DNA from: Haliotis rufescens
Lineage: Eukaryota
Direction: 5' to 3'
Assembly: GCF_023055435.1 (NCBI RefSeq)
Contig: NW_025964190.1
Coordinates: 62,001-126,000, forward strand
Length of the DNA: 64,000 bases
The notes under the pieces are model-generated. The model had not been told where the DNA came from, made no database searches, and was given only the letters and a program-made list of their open reading frames with translations. This document shows, one piece after another, positions 25,567-38,094 of this stretch. The translations under genes were made by a program, and so were the position numbers. How positions within the stretch are numbered: the stretch's first letter is position 1; every line of letters starts with the position of its first letter.

Positions 25567-27064
25567 CTGTAAAATAAGATAAATAATACCTAGTATCCTA
25601 AATGTATTTATCTTCAAAAACTGGAATGGAAATTCTCTGCATTTACTTAGAAATACACAACGTTCTTTATAATCTTCAAGACCGCCTCCGTGGTCTAATG
25701 GTAGAGCGTCCACCCGGAGAGCGGGGTTCGATCCCCAGCCGCGTCATACCAAAAGACGTTTAAAGATGGTACTTGTTGTTACCCTGCCTGGCGCTCAACA
25801 TAAAGGGGCTAAAACAAGGACTGGTCGGCTCGGAGTCAGTATACTGTGTCTGAGTGGGGTACTCATGTTAAACTGCGGGATGGTATTTCAGTGAGCTAGC
25901 ACTATAAATCGGCATCAGTCCGGACTAGTACAAGCAGCCACACACACATACACGTGCATGCACGTCACTATATAAGTGCAATAATCTTGGACGCGACGTT
26001 TCACCTCACCACCTTACAATCTTCAGTGATAGAATGTGTTTGTTTGTTGTTTATCGCCGTATTCTACAATATTCCAGCTATATGACGGCGGTCAGGAAAT
26101 AATCGAGTCTGGACAAGACAATTCAGTGATTGGCAATGAGTATTGATCTGTGCATTTGGGAAACGATGACATGCATTACAAAAGTCAGTGAGCCTGACCA
26201 CCGGTCAGTCGCCTCTTTTGACAATCATAGTCACCTCTTACGGCAATCATGGGTTGCTGAAGACCAATTTTAATCCGGATCTTCACGGGTCTATTTCAAG
26301 TGGCGAGGACTATCGTTAAAATCTGTTCATTACGAAACTTTGTTGCTGTTTTCGCCAAGTAAGACGGTGACGTTTCACTATTACAATATCCTATTATTGA
26401 ATTGGGCGGGCGGGTAGCCTAGTGGTTAAAGCGTTCGCTCGTCACGCAAAAGACCCGGGTCGATTCCCGACATGGGTACAATGTGTGAAGCCCATTTCCG
26501 GTGTCCCCCGCCGTGATATTGCTGGAATATTGCCAACAGCGTCGTAAAACCATACTCACTATTAATGAATATACCCAAAGCACAAGTCGTCCGGGTTTAA
26601 TTTTGTCTGTTATCTTTCGAGGAGTAAATGATATCAGGTGTTGTGTTGACTGTAGCGTTTTATCTAACTAGGCCTGTCATAACGATAACAGACCGCCATA
26701 TTTTTTTTATTTATTTATTTTTTTCAGACCGCCATATTACAGACAAACATCTGATACGTAATGGTGATATTATTGATTTGACATTTAAAAGGAAACAATC
26801 AAACTGTACCTTTGGGTTTTTTTTCTGTTTAACGCCGCATTCAGCAATATTCCAGCCATATAATGATCTGTAAATAATCAATTCTGGACCAGACAATCTA
26901 GTGACTGACATGCATCAACCAAGTCAGCGAGCCTGACCACCTGATCCCGTTAGTCGCACTTTGGGACAAGCATGGGTTGCTGAAGACCAATTCTAACCCG
27001 GATTTTCACTGGTATCAAATGTACCTAATCTGCGCTGTGATTGAACTGCTGCTGAGATATTTAC

Positions 27065-27119
27065 CTGGTAATGGTGGCTGTCTGCGTGGTTTAGGTACAG
27101 GATTGACTAACGCTGCCAT
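27065..27119 (-). CDS. GIMAP copy F, coding exon 1 (MAALVNPVPKPRRQPPLP-G)
   Basis: 55 nt with donor CCAG|GTAAAT; splices in frame to give ...PPLPGQNVLRLVLLGKTG. Confidence 0.75.
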
Positions 27120-27897
27120 GCTGTCTGTGTCTCCGCTGTTCACCCTCAAGCCAACAACAACGTCAGATTACGATCAAACTTGGTATCTAATCTACACAAC
27201 TGCCCGGGCGGGCATAGCTGCCCCCGAATTCCATGCACTCGTGACCAACTCGTGTTATTCCGAGACTAGCCGAATCTTCTTGCAGGTTACGGAAAGGGGC
27301 GAGTGATGACGAATGGTCATGATGATCCATTTTGATATAAATTTGAAAATGGGTCGTGAATTCATAAACAATGCAATGGTAGAAATGCTGACCGCCACTC
27401 CCATATTTCTGAGACATGTTGTATTGCATGATTACCCCAACGGTGAGGAGAAGATATTTGTTTGTTTATTGTTTAACGCCGCACTCAGCAATATTACAGC
27501 TATATGACGGCGGTCTGTAAAAAGTCGAGTCTGGACCAGACAATCCAGTGATTGTCATCATGAGCATCGATCCACGCAATTGGGATACGATGACATGCAT
27601 CAACCAAATCAGCGAGCCTGACCACCCGATCCCGTTAGTCGCCTCTTACGACAAGCAAAGTCGCCTTTTACGTCAAGCATGGGTTGCTGAAGACCTAAAG
27701 ACCGGGATCGAGTGGTCAGGTGCGCTGACTTGGTGATGCATGTCATCGTATCCCAATTGCGTGGATCGATGCTCATGATGTCAATCACTTGATTACAGTA
27801 AAGTGTTCTGCCGTCTATTGTTCTGATTCATCTGCTACTTGTAACGTTTTCAGTGTAACAATGCGCAGTCAAGAAGATCATGTAGTCTTGATTAATT

Positions 27898-28064
27898 GAG
27901 TGAGTGAGTGAGTGAGTTTTACGCCGCTTTTAGCAATATTCCAGCAATATCACGGCGGGGGACACCAGAAATGGGCTTCACACATTGTACCCATGTCGGG
28001 AATCGAACCTGGGTCTTCGGCGTGACGAGCGAACGCTTTAACCACTAGGCTACCCGACCGCCCC
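27898..28064 (-). mobile_element. SINE family A
   Basis: Full-length reverse copy with (GAGT)n tail, flanked by TTGATTAATTG on both sides. Confidence 0.85.
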
Positions 28065-29370
28065 CTTGATTAATTGTATTACAAAGCTTTACAATAGGTG
28101 TCTACAACACAAACATAATGCTCAACAAACGATATCTACTTATGGGTTTCTATTTCGGGAGAGTAGATAAAGTGTGTTATCAGTTATCGTTTGTGAGATC
28201 GCTGTATATGCAAAAACCTATCTATGCATATAGACAGTGTCATCCGGAGATCAAAGGTCCCATAGAAAGCAGTCCTGATAACACTTACACACAACACTTC
28301 CTGTCTGTCTTCCTCAACCGAGGACACGGGTGGCCCGGTCGTCTAAGGCGCCGCTATTCGCTGTGCAGAGTTGCGTCCCTTGGGCACGCCAGGAAACTAT
28401 GATTGTGAGTTCGAATCTCGGTTCGCCCCGATTGTGTTTCCAGGTTTGTCAACCAAGTCAGCGAGCATGACTACATGATCCCGTTAGTTGCCCCTTACGA
28501 CAAAGTCGCCTTTTACGGCAAGCATGGGTTGCTGAAGACCAATTCTACCCGGATCTTCACGGATTGGTTTTTTTGTTGTACTGCATATTTCACATAATCT
28601 CTAAAATTACAAGGTCAATGGAGGTGATACCGCCCCATGCTTGTCCATCCGGGCATGTATCACTATGAACCTGTGAAAATCAGGGGTAGAATAGGTCTTC
28701 AGCAACCCATGCTTGCTATAAGAGGCGACTATGCTTGTCGTAAGAGGCGACTTACGGGATCGGGTTGTCAGGCCCCCTGCCTCGGTTTATGCTTGTCATC
28801 GTATCCCAGTTGCTTGGATCAATGCTCATGAGATCAAATCACTGGATTGACTGGTCCGAACTCGATTGTTTACAGGCCGCCGTGATATGGCTGGAATATT
28901 GCTGAGTTCTGCGTTAAACAACAAACAAACAAAGCACTTTGAACTTTGCAGCAACCATTGATATCTCGAAAATTTGCTCATAGAATTCTGATCCGACTTT
29001 AAACATGGCTGTCAAAATAAAAATATAATAACGCCCATTGCTCCATCATTATTTGCGTGTGTTTTAAAATTACATCATTATTATGATGTGTGATTTTACA
29101 ATAACATGTTTGATATTTTGTTGAGCATTGTGGTATTTGTAACGTCAGCCGTTGACCATTAGGTACTGCAGTAGGCTGTGAATAGTACTCAGGGCAAACG
29201 ATCATGTCTGTTATATTTTACTTATCCATCTAATATTCCAGAAAAAATTAGGTGAGCTACAGTGACTTATGTCTCTGTACTGACACTGTGATATAAAGGA
29301 TATGTGAGCGATTGTGAAAGAGAAATATGTGGAATAAATAAAGCGACAAAACCCTTTCCATGGCAACAGA

Positions 29371-29630
29371 CCCATAAAGATCCGGGTAGAATAGGCCTTC
29401 AGCAACCCATGCTTGCCGAAAGGCGACTATGCTTGTCGTAAGAGGCGACTAACGGGATAGGGTGGTCAGGCTCGCTGACTTGGTTGATGCATGTCATCAA
29501 TCCCAATTACGTGGATCGATGCTCATGATATCAATCACTGGATTGTCTGGTCCAGACTCCATTATTTACAGACCGCCGTCATATAGCTGTAATATTGCTG
29601 AGTGCGGCGTAAAACAACAAACCAACCAAC
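29371..29630 (+). mobile_element. SINE-like family B, full length
   Basis: CCCATAAAGATCCGGGTAGAATAGG...GCGGCGTAAAACAACAAAC, flanked by CCATGGCAAC repeats. Confidence 0.75.
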
Positions 29631-29877
29631 CTACCATGGCAACCAGACAATTCCGCCACTAGCAGAGTCAGCTGCAGGTTTCCGACTGCATCATGAACAT
29701 GTGTTTATGAATCACTATCAGATAATGTTGGCACAAGGTGCTCGCGAAAAGGTGAGCGTATCCTGTCTCACCTGTCACAAACACATTGCATTCAAGACTT
29801 GTCAATCGAATCAAGACTGGAACTCAGCATCTTATCAACTACGCATGTGTACTGTTTAATTGTTTGTTTGTTTGTTT

Positions 29878-30040
29878 GGGGGCGGTCGGGTAGCCTAGTG
29901 GTTAAAGCGTTCGCTCACCACGCCGAAGTCCCGGGTTCGATTCCTGACATGGGTACAATGTGTGAAGCCCATTTCTGGTGTCCCCCGCCGTAATATTGCT
30001 GGAATATTGCTAAAAGCGGCGTAAAACCATACTCACTCAC
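29878..30040 (+). mobile_element. SINE family A
   Basis: A and B boxes plus ACTC tail. Confidence 0.85.
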
Positions 30041-30902
30041 TTGTTTGTTTGTTTGTTGTTTAACGCTGCTCTCAGCAATGTTTCAGCTATATGACAGCCG
30101 TCTGTAAATAATCGAGCTGGACCAGGCAATCCGACTCTTGGTATCATGAGCATCGATCTACGTAACTCGGACACAGTGACATGCATCAATCAGTTCAGCG
30201 ATCCTTACAAGCCGATCCGTTAGTCGCCTCTTCAGCAGTAGCAAGAACTAAGATCGGAGTTTAATGATATTGTTGTCATGGTTGCCAGGAGCCAGTCTGA
30301 GTTGCCACTTTAGCAGATCTATGTTTGTTCCTATCGGGTAGAAAGACCTAACACTGTGTATCACATTTTAAGATTACTCACTCACTTGTTTGTTTGTTTG
30401 TTTGTTGTTTAACGCTGCTCTCAGCAATGTTTCAGCTATATGACAGCCGTCTGTAAATAATCGAGCTGGACCAGACAATCCGACTCTTGGTATCATGAGC
30501 ATCGATCTACGTAACTCGGACACAGTGACATGCATCAATCAGTTCAGCGATCCTTACAAGCCGATCCGTTAGTCGCCTCTTCAGCAGTAGCAAGAACTAA
30601 GATCGGAGTTTAATGATATTGTTGTCATGGTTGCCAGGAGCCAGTCTGAGTTGCCACTTTAGCAGATCTATGTTTGTTCCTATCGGGTAGAAAGACCTAA
30701 CACTGTGTATCACATTTTAAGATTACTCACTCACTTGTTTGTTTGTTTGTTTGTTGTTTAACGCTGCTCTCAGCAATGTTTCAGCTATATGACAGCCGTC
30801 TGTAAATAATCGAGCTGGACCAGACAATCCGACTCTTGGTATCATGAGCATCGATCTACGTAACTCGGACACAGTGACATGCATCAATCAGTTCAGCGAT
30901 CC
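30031..30902. repeat. ~347-bp tandem repeat, 2.5 near-identical copies
   Basis: Units start near 30031, 30377 and 30725; each contains a family-B SINE fragment. Confidence 0.9.
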
Positions 30903-31396
30903 AATTCCAAGCAAGTGTTTGTGTTTTCAAAATTTGATTTATCTAATGAGATATTGTGATGCAGTGCAAGGGAATCTCTCCCCTAACAGCACTTGGTTCA
31001 GTCCATTCTAACTATATAGGGGTGTGAGGATAACCCCTTGCATGCCACCAGTTTTCAATGACCTTTCAGTTAAAAGGTCAATGTGAGTGAGTTGACTTTA
31101 GTAGTGAGTGAGTGAGTTTGGTTTAACGCCACTTTTCGTGTCAGCTTAATGTGGGAGGAAAGCCCGAAGTGATGCAGGTCTTATATGATTTCCACTTTGA
31201 TGAAACCCACGAGCAGGGATATGGTGCTGACAAACCTAGAATTATAATCGGGGGAACCAGATTCGAACCCAGAGTCATAGGTTTCTGGCGTGCCCAAGGG
31301 ATGCAACTATGTAGCATGCATGGCCGTGATTTAGAAAACTGGGCCCCTTGAACCGAAATGTTGTATCGAGCTCAAATGACATTTTTAAAATGGCTA

Positions 31397-31600
31397 GAGT
31401 GAGTGAGTGAGTGAGTGAGTGAGTGAGTGAGTGAGTGAGTGAGTGAGTGAGGTTTTACGTCCCTTTTAGCAATATTCCACCAATATCACCATGTGGGACA
31501 CCAGAAATGGGCTTCACACATTGTACCCATGTGGTAAATCGAACCGGGTCTTTGGCGTGACGAGCGAGCGCTTTAACCAGTAGGCTACCCAACCGTCCCA
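31397..31600 (-). mobile_element. SINE family A with expanded (GAGT)n microsatellite tail
   Basis: About 13 GAGT units at 31397-31450 followed by the reverse SINE body. Confidence 0.8.
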
Positions 31601-32144
31601 TATGGCTTGAGTACAAGGAGATGTCAAAAATGACAACAGATGCATGAAAGGACGGCATGCCACACCAAAAGGTCACATCCACTGGAAGTTAAGGTGACCT
31701 AAAAAAGACACAACAATATCAAATGACATGAAGAATGTAACAATGACTTTATTTGATTATCTCAGAATCAGTATTCACCAGTAAGTACAAAACAAAAAGA
31801 TTGTGATAATGTATCCTTCTCAGCACAGAGGAAACAAATTGCACTTTTTCCCAATTTTGGACACAGAGACATATCACCAGTTCCGAAGGAAATATAATAC
31901 CAGTAATGTGTAGGCCTTGTCAGGATGGAGAGTCTTGATCTTGAGGCTTCAAACCCTGACAGAGATCAATTCCAGCAATGAGAGCTCCTAAATAGTATAC
32001 AAATGTTCAGGGGGAACATATTTATGCCGACATATTCACTCTGTTCCTTCATCACCTGTGAATACACACAGCCACTTGGGAGTGTAGTCGCTGTTTTCAA
32101 CCAATCAGCATTCAGATTATATCTCACATCATAAACCTCCTTAT

Positions 32145-32390
32145 ATCATTCCATGAACTTCATATAATATCTCTGGGATTTTATATAATATTCCATGGAC
32201 TTTATATAATATCTCTGGGATTTTATAAATAATCCAGGTACTTTATATAATATTCCTGGGGTTTTATATAATATTCCATGGACTTTATGTAATATCTCTG
32301 GGATTTTATATAATATTCTATTGACTTTATATAATATCCCTGGGATTTCATATAATATTCCATGGACTTTACATAATATCCCTGGGACTA
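32145..32390. repeat. AT-rich minisatellite (~20-21-bp units)
   Basis: Alternating TTTATATAATATCTCTGGGA / TTTATATAATATTCCATGGAC units. Confidence 0.85.
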
Positions 32391-33294
32391 TACAAGTTCT
32401 AGTAACATTGTAATGTGTGCATTTCCCTTACTACAGATTTATCTTGCATTTGAACACAATCTACCAAAGCAAATATGAAAAATCAAATGACAATATTTTT
32501 TCTATATTTCAGTGGATCACACATACAACCTTCCATGGGGGAAAAACATCAAAACTCATTAATTCGTGTATAATGTGCACCCCTTCTACACAGCTGTGTT
32601 TTTTGGAAAAAAATGCGCACTATACTCAAGAAAATACGGTACAACCTTTGTATCTGTAGCCTGGTGAGTGAACCAGTTGACTTCAGAGGTACTGATAAAT
32701 CACGAAGCTTAAGAATCTCATTTTCTAGTGCTGGTACATGTACGCCAGCAACAGATATTTCATGCCCGTTTCCAAAGGTTCATGGAAAGTATGTTTGACA
32801 TAGAATAGTTGATAATTGATTCAGATTTCTTTTTTCGGTTTGCAAGTCAGATAAAACACTTCTCCTCGGGGTTTATGAGATGTAAAACCTGAATCTGAGG
32901 GATAAAACCGAGGAACAGCAAGAGGCTTCACACGTGGCATAGTCTTGTGGTCATCTTCTCTTCACACTGCTTCATGTTACAGTCTGGTTCACACACAATG
33001 CATGTGCAGAGTTGGGCTCACTCGACTTCCCTACACAGCCTCATTTCATTACAGGGGGGTCGGTCGGGTAGACCGGGGGTGAAAGTGTTTGCTTGTCACA
33101 CCGACAATATGGGTTCGATTTGCCACATTGGTACAATGTGTGAAGCCCATTTCTGGTGTCCCCTGCCGTGATATTGCTGGAATATTGCTAAAAGCGGTGT
33201 AACACCATACTCACGTCATTTCACTACTGGATGAAAACTAGATGTGTCACGACTCCACTGCTAATCATCCGCATGTATTCATAGTGATGGAGAG

Positions 33295-33572
33295 GGGGCA
33301 CGGGTGGCCCAGTCGTCTCAGGCGCTGCGATTCGCTGTGCAGAGTTGTGTCACTTGGGCAGGCCAGAAACCTATGATTGTGGGTTCGAATCCTGGTTCGC
33401 CCCGATTATGTTTCTAGGTTTGTCAGCACCACACCCGTGCTCGTGGGTTTCACCGAAGTGGTAAACGTCTGAGACCTGCATCACTTTTGGCTTTCCTCCC
33501 ACATTAAGCTGACACAGCGTGATATAACTGGAATACTGTTAAAAGCGGCGTTAAACCCAACTCACTCACTCA
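33295..33572 (+). mobile_element. tRNA-derived SINE family C, full length
   Basis: A and B boxes with a long spacer, ACTC tail, TSD AGTGATGGAGA. Confidence 0.8.
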
Positions 33573-33720
33573 CAGTGATGGAGAAACACATACAAACATG
33601 TGAAGTACTGACAATACTTCTGTCCAAGACAGACGGAGTATGGACTCTCCAAGGACGTTTTGTGCGGGTCGATTCTGTTTCCTTGTCCTGTTGTCCAAGC
33701 TACGTCAGAGGTCAAGGTCA

Positions 33721-33878
33721 TCATGTGGTGGCCAGGGCCTTCATCCTCTTCTTGATCTCTTCCTTCCGATGCCGGAGCTGCTCCATCCGGACCTTGTTCA
33801 TTTCCAGTCTGTTCTCCAGGCTCTGCAGCAGCGGTCCTCCCATCACGTCCATGATGTGGCACTCCGACTTGGTGTACA
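33721..33878 (-). CDS. BRCC3: BRCC3/BRCC36 exon 7 (last coding exon)
   Basis: VYTKSECHIMDVMGGPLLQSLENRLE...ALATT*, resembling human VFTKNLCSQMSAVSGPLLQWLEDRLE; phase-1 acceptor TGTTTCAG. Confidence 0.88.
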
Positions 33879-34385
33879 CTGAAACATTGGAGTAAACACT
33901 GAAACATTGGAGTTAACACTGAAACATTGAAGTAAACACTGAAAAATTGAAGTCAACACTGAAACATTTGAGTAAACACTGAAACATTGGAATAAACACT
34001 GAAACATTGAAGTAAACACTGAAACATTGAGTAAACACTGAAACATTGGAGTGAACATTAAACATTGGAGTAAACACTGAAACATTCGAGTAAACACTGA
34101 AACATTGAAGGTGAACACTGAAACAGAAGTAAACACTGAAACATTGAAGTAAACACTGAAACATTGGAGTAAACACTGAAACATTGAAGTGAACACTGAA
34201 ATATTGAAGTAAACACTGAAACAAGGTTAAACACTGAATTAAGAGGGTGTCCACTGAAAGATTGCAGGTGTACACTGAAACATTGGAATAAACACTGAAA
34301 GATTGCAGATGTACACTGAAACATAGAAGGTAAACACTGAAACAAAGAAGGTGAACACTCAATTCAGAGGGTGTACCCTGAAACA
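33879..34385. repeat. ~20-bp minisatellite abutting BRCC3 exon 7
   Basis: Roughly 25 copies of ACACTGAAACATTG(G/A)AGTAA. Confidence 0.92.
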
Positions 34386-36816
34386 TAGCGCCAACGGTGG
34401 CTATTATGAGTTATATCCCTTCTTTGTCCCTCATTTCGACCAATCAGATTCATCACCTGCATTTGCTTTAGATAAAATGGTGGCTCCCGGTAAAAACATC
34501 TGATCGATAATCAAGCTCTATATTGTAATAAAACAGGTCTTACTTCACAAAGTGCACAAATAAATTGAGCACCTTGATTAAAAACATGAAAAGATTTGCA
34601 AATATCTGTCGACGCCCATATGGCAATACACATGCTTTGCAAATCCTTCAGTCGACTAAAATCAGCAAGTTGAAATCCATGTTGTTTACGAATCAGATGT
34701 CTAGTTCCTTACGTGATTTTGATTGGACTATGCAGACTCGTTAGTCCAGCCAAAATATAATTCCAGAATTCCAGCCTAGGGTGGAAACTGGACTTTTATA
34801 GTCAGTAAACTCACTTTCCTTGGGAAGGTGTCTATAATGAGATATAATTAATTTTGAATGAATAGAACAGTTATTTTTCAATCATTCAAATATGATGCTG
34901 AAATGAAAGGTTTTAGTGTGATGTTCAACATGTTAAAGATTTGGGCTGGATTGGTTGGTTGGTTTGTTGTTTAACGCCGCACTCAGCAATATCCCAGATA
35001 AATGATGGCGGTCTGTAAATAATCGAGTCAGGACCAGAAAATCCAGTGATTAATATCATGAGCATCACTCCGTGTAATTGGGATACGATGACAAGCATCA
35101 ACAAAGTCAGCGAACCTGACCACCCGTTAGTTGCCTCTTATGACAAATTGAAATTGATTAGGGCTTGGACAGGTACTCGGGTGGGGTGGGTCTTGAGTAG
35201 GACTCGGGTACCCACAGGACTACCCGGACTTGTGGTTAGTCATGTGATATATTGTTTAATGACAAAAATTATCTAAAACTCTGTGGTTACACTACTGGTC
35301 ACTAATGTTCCCATTTCTTTCTGACAATGCACCCATTCCTTCTGACTTTTATATGTTTGAATAAAGATAAAACTCCATGCTGTAAACTTCAGTGTATGCA
35401 TGACCAGATCGTTCATGTATCTAAATACATTTTGCCAGGGCTGCAGTCAAACTTTTCCAAATCAGACAGTTTGTACCTATCTCTAAATATCTATAACAGG
35501 TACCCGGGTAGGGTCGTGTAATAGGCTTTATAGGGTGGAGGGTATGCGGGTAGGGTCGGGTAACAGGGTGGAGGGTACCCAGATAGTAAATTTAAAGATC
35601 ATGGAAATTCAATCACAATTTCAGGTCAACCAGACTTCCTTTTTTTACAATCAACACATGTTACATACAATTATAGCACATGGCCGCCTTTCCTGGGACC
35701 TCCTGGGGAATAAATCAATGTATTCCCCCACCAGCTGACGCAGCTGATGCAGCTTCATGTTGCCAGATGCCTTCAGACTGAGAGCATCGCACACGAGGAC
35801 GGAGAGCACCCTTCCTCAAATTCACGAGGTAAGATTTGTCATATTTCATACCCTGAGATGCTAAACCTCAGTGTCACCATCTTCGCAAGGCAAGAGAGTC
35901 CATGAACCTATATCAAAACCTAGTTTCATCCTTGCCCTGTCAAGTTGACTTTTCTGTGATAAAACTGACACGCTTGGGTGAGGAAAATCACACGTGTTGA
36001 TAGTTCAATCTGTGAACGTTTTAAAAAATCAAGGCTTGAAAACATGGCCGCAGACTTCGCTTGTTGAATTTGAACAGAGATTAATCGAACAATTAAGTGA
36101 AAACAAGTTTTCAATCAACTCGCATAAGTGCTTTTATACTTATGAGTGAAAATTTCATTGTATCTGACTTGAATGAGTGAATGTTTATCAGTGACTGAGA
36201 TATGGTGCTATTTTTAGACGAACCCTGCTGAGCTTTTCATGTAACCTCAATGTGCAGTGTCACTCGAAACTATTTAGTCTGCGCGCAAAGCGGCAGTAAT
36301 AATCTTTACTGTGGTATTACGTCAATTTGTATGTCAGTATACTGTCTCCGAGCGGGACAGCCCTTGTTTTATCCCCTTAATGCCAAGCACCAGGCAGGGT
36401 AACAACAAGAACCGTCCCTTATGGTCTTTTGGTGTAATGGGTCCGGGAATCGAACCACCTCCCTTCCGCTCCCCAACACTCCATTGACCAGACGATGGTT
36501 GACAATAAGGATAAGAAGTCTTCAGACTTTCCCACAACAATTCGATCCGTGAAGATTCCGGGGTAGAATAGGTCTTCAGCAACCCATGCTAGCCGTAACA
36601 GGTGACTATGCTTGTCGCAAGAGGCGACTAACGGGATCAGGTGGTCAGACTCGCTAACTTGGTTGATGCATGTCATTGATCCCAATTGCATGGACCAATG
36701 CTCATGATGTCAATCAGTGGATTGTTCGGTCCAGACCGCCATCATATAGCTGGAATACTTCTGAGTGCAGCCTTAAACAACAAACAAACAAACGAACACA
36801 CTACAATTCCAATTAC

Positions 36817-36989
36817 CTGCAGCATTGTGTATTTTGGTGAGAAGGTCAAGGTCATGTTGTTCGGTGTGCTGGTATGCTTCCTGTTCTTCGAGACTGAGGA
36901 TCTTGGGTAAATTGACAAGGGATTCCAGACACGCTCGGCCAATGCCGGTACTTGGCACGACGTGGAGGGGGATCTCGATCCTGTCATAG
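36817..36989 (-). CDS. BRCC3: BRCC3 exon 6
   Basis: YDRIEIPLHVVP...CLESLVNLPKILSLEEQEAY...LTKIHNAA; AG/GT ends, phases 2 and 1. Confidence 0.9.
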
Positions 36990-37115
36990 CTGCAACCCAG
37001 ACACAACACAGAGTGTATTAGTCTAACTCACACAACGTCAGTGTACCTAGGACCAGAGGAGCAGTATGGGAAAGTGTATTGCCACTGTCAAATGTTAAAA
37101 GTTAGTTCATCAATA

Positions 37116-37612
37116 CAGAGCTCCAGATAAGCTTTTGGTGTTGTGGGTATTTTAGCCATGCATTTTAAAATCCTTGGGTATCAGTAACTCTATCTGGGTA
37201 TTCAATTTTCTGTTACCCACTAGTTTTTACACATGTGGGTATTTAAGTTAAATATTTAAAAACTCTATTCATCTAGTCCCTGCAAACTGGTGTCGTGTGG
37301 GTTCGAGAGCTTTATAGGACTAAAAAATAGCACGATACTTCCACAAGAAAGTGGGATGGCAAATGATCATGATGTAACTGTCATCGTTGAGTTTGGCAAG
37401 GTTGGCGGAATGCCCGATTATAATTTCAAAATAAGTTGCTGATTTGCTAATCAAATACGCAGGGTTACTTCACAATATTTTGATGATACGCACAAGTTTT
37501 ATTTTTGTAGTGTATCTGTAACGTTCGTTGCATATTTGGATTTTATTTTACTGCTTATTTCTGCATTTCTGATGAGTATTTTACGCAGATACGCAGCTTA
37601 TCTGGAGCTCTG
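37116..37612. mobile_element. MITE with CAGAGCTCCAGATAAG TIRs and 6-bp TSD
   Basis: Perfect 17-bp TIR; TCAATA duplicated on both sides; sister copies at 49163-49626 and 56192-56697. Confidence 0.85.
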
Positions 37613-38094
37613 TCAATATCACAAGATCTCGCGGGGTGTTCCGAAAGATAGTTACGGGTTTAACGACTGAATCCATACAACCTAGACCATCTATTAGCCA
37701 TTCCAGAATGTTCTTTTGTTCAGGTTTCAATTTTAATCGAGAATTTGTCAAAATATGTATTGAAGAGTAGTCGCCAATTTGAAATAAGTGTAAAGCACAA
37801 GACAGCTGCCTTCTGATTGGCTAATGTCGACTTCTTGTCTGTCATTCCATTGGTCGGTCAAAGTTTGTGCAAGGTCGGTCTGACATGACTTGTAATAGGG
37901 TGTCCTCAGATCTTTGTTAAGGGGTTAGGGAGAACTAAGATCTGATTTTAATGAGATTGTATCTTTTCCAGATTCATTGTTAACAACCATCTGGTTTGTT
38001 ATTTGAGGGCTGGTCAGTATAGATCCTTGAATCCCAGGTTTAGTCTTAAAACAAACATTTATTCCACAATTTACATGGAAACAGGCAACATGAT

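Larger units (their letters stand above)
2620..27320 (-). repeat. Tandem GIMAP array: ~1.84-kb units nested in a ~9.6-kb direct duplication
   Basis: Homologous offsets of 1835-1838 bp (3291/5129; 11071/12906/14742) and 9608-9610 bp (7967/17575; 10774/20382; 14742/24350). Confidence 0.95.

Noticed and set aside
33879-34385. CRISPR-like array
   Set aside because: Contiguous degenerate 20-bp units with no unique spacers and no cas genes, inside a eukaryotic intron. The same applies to 38095-38695 and 59910-60412.
33843-34386. ORFs such as MFQCLLQCFSV... and the TTVTMVTYS ORFs at 38003-38705
   Set aside because: Translations of minisatellites with no evidence of coding function.
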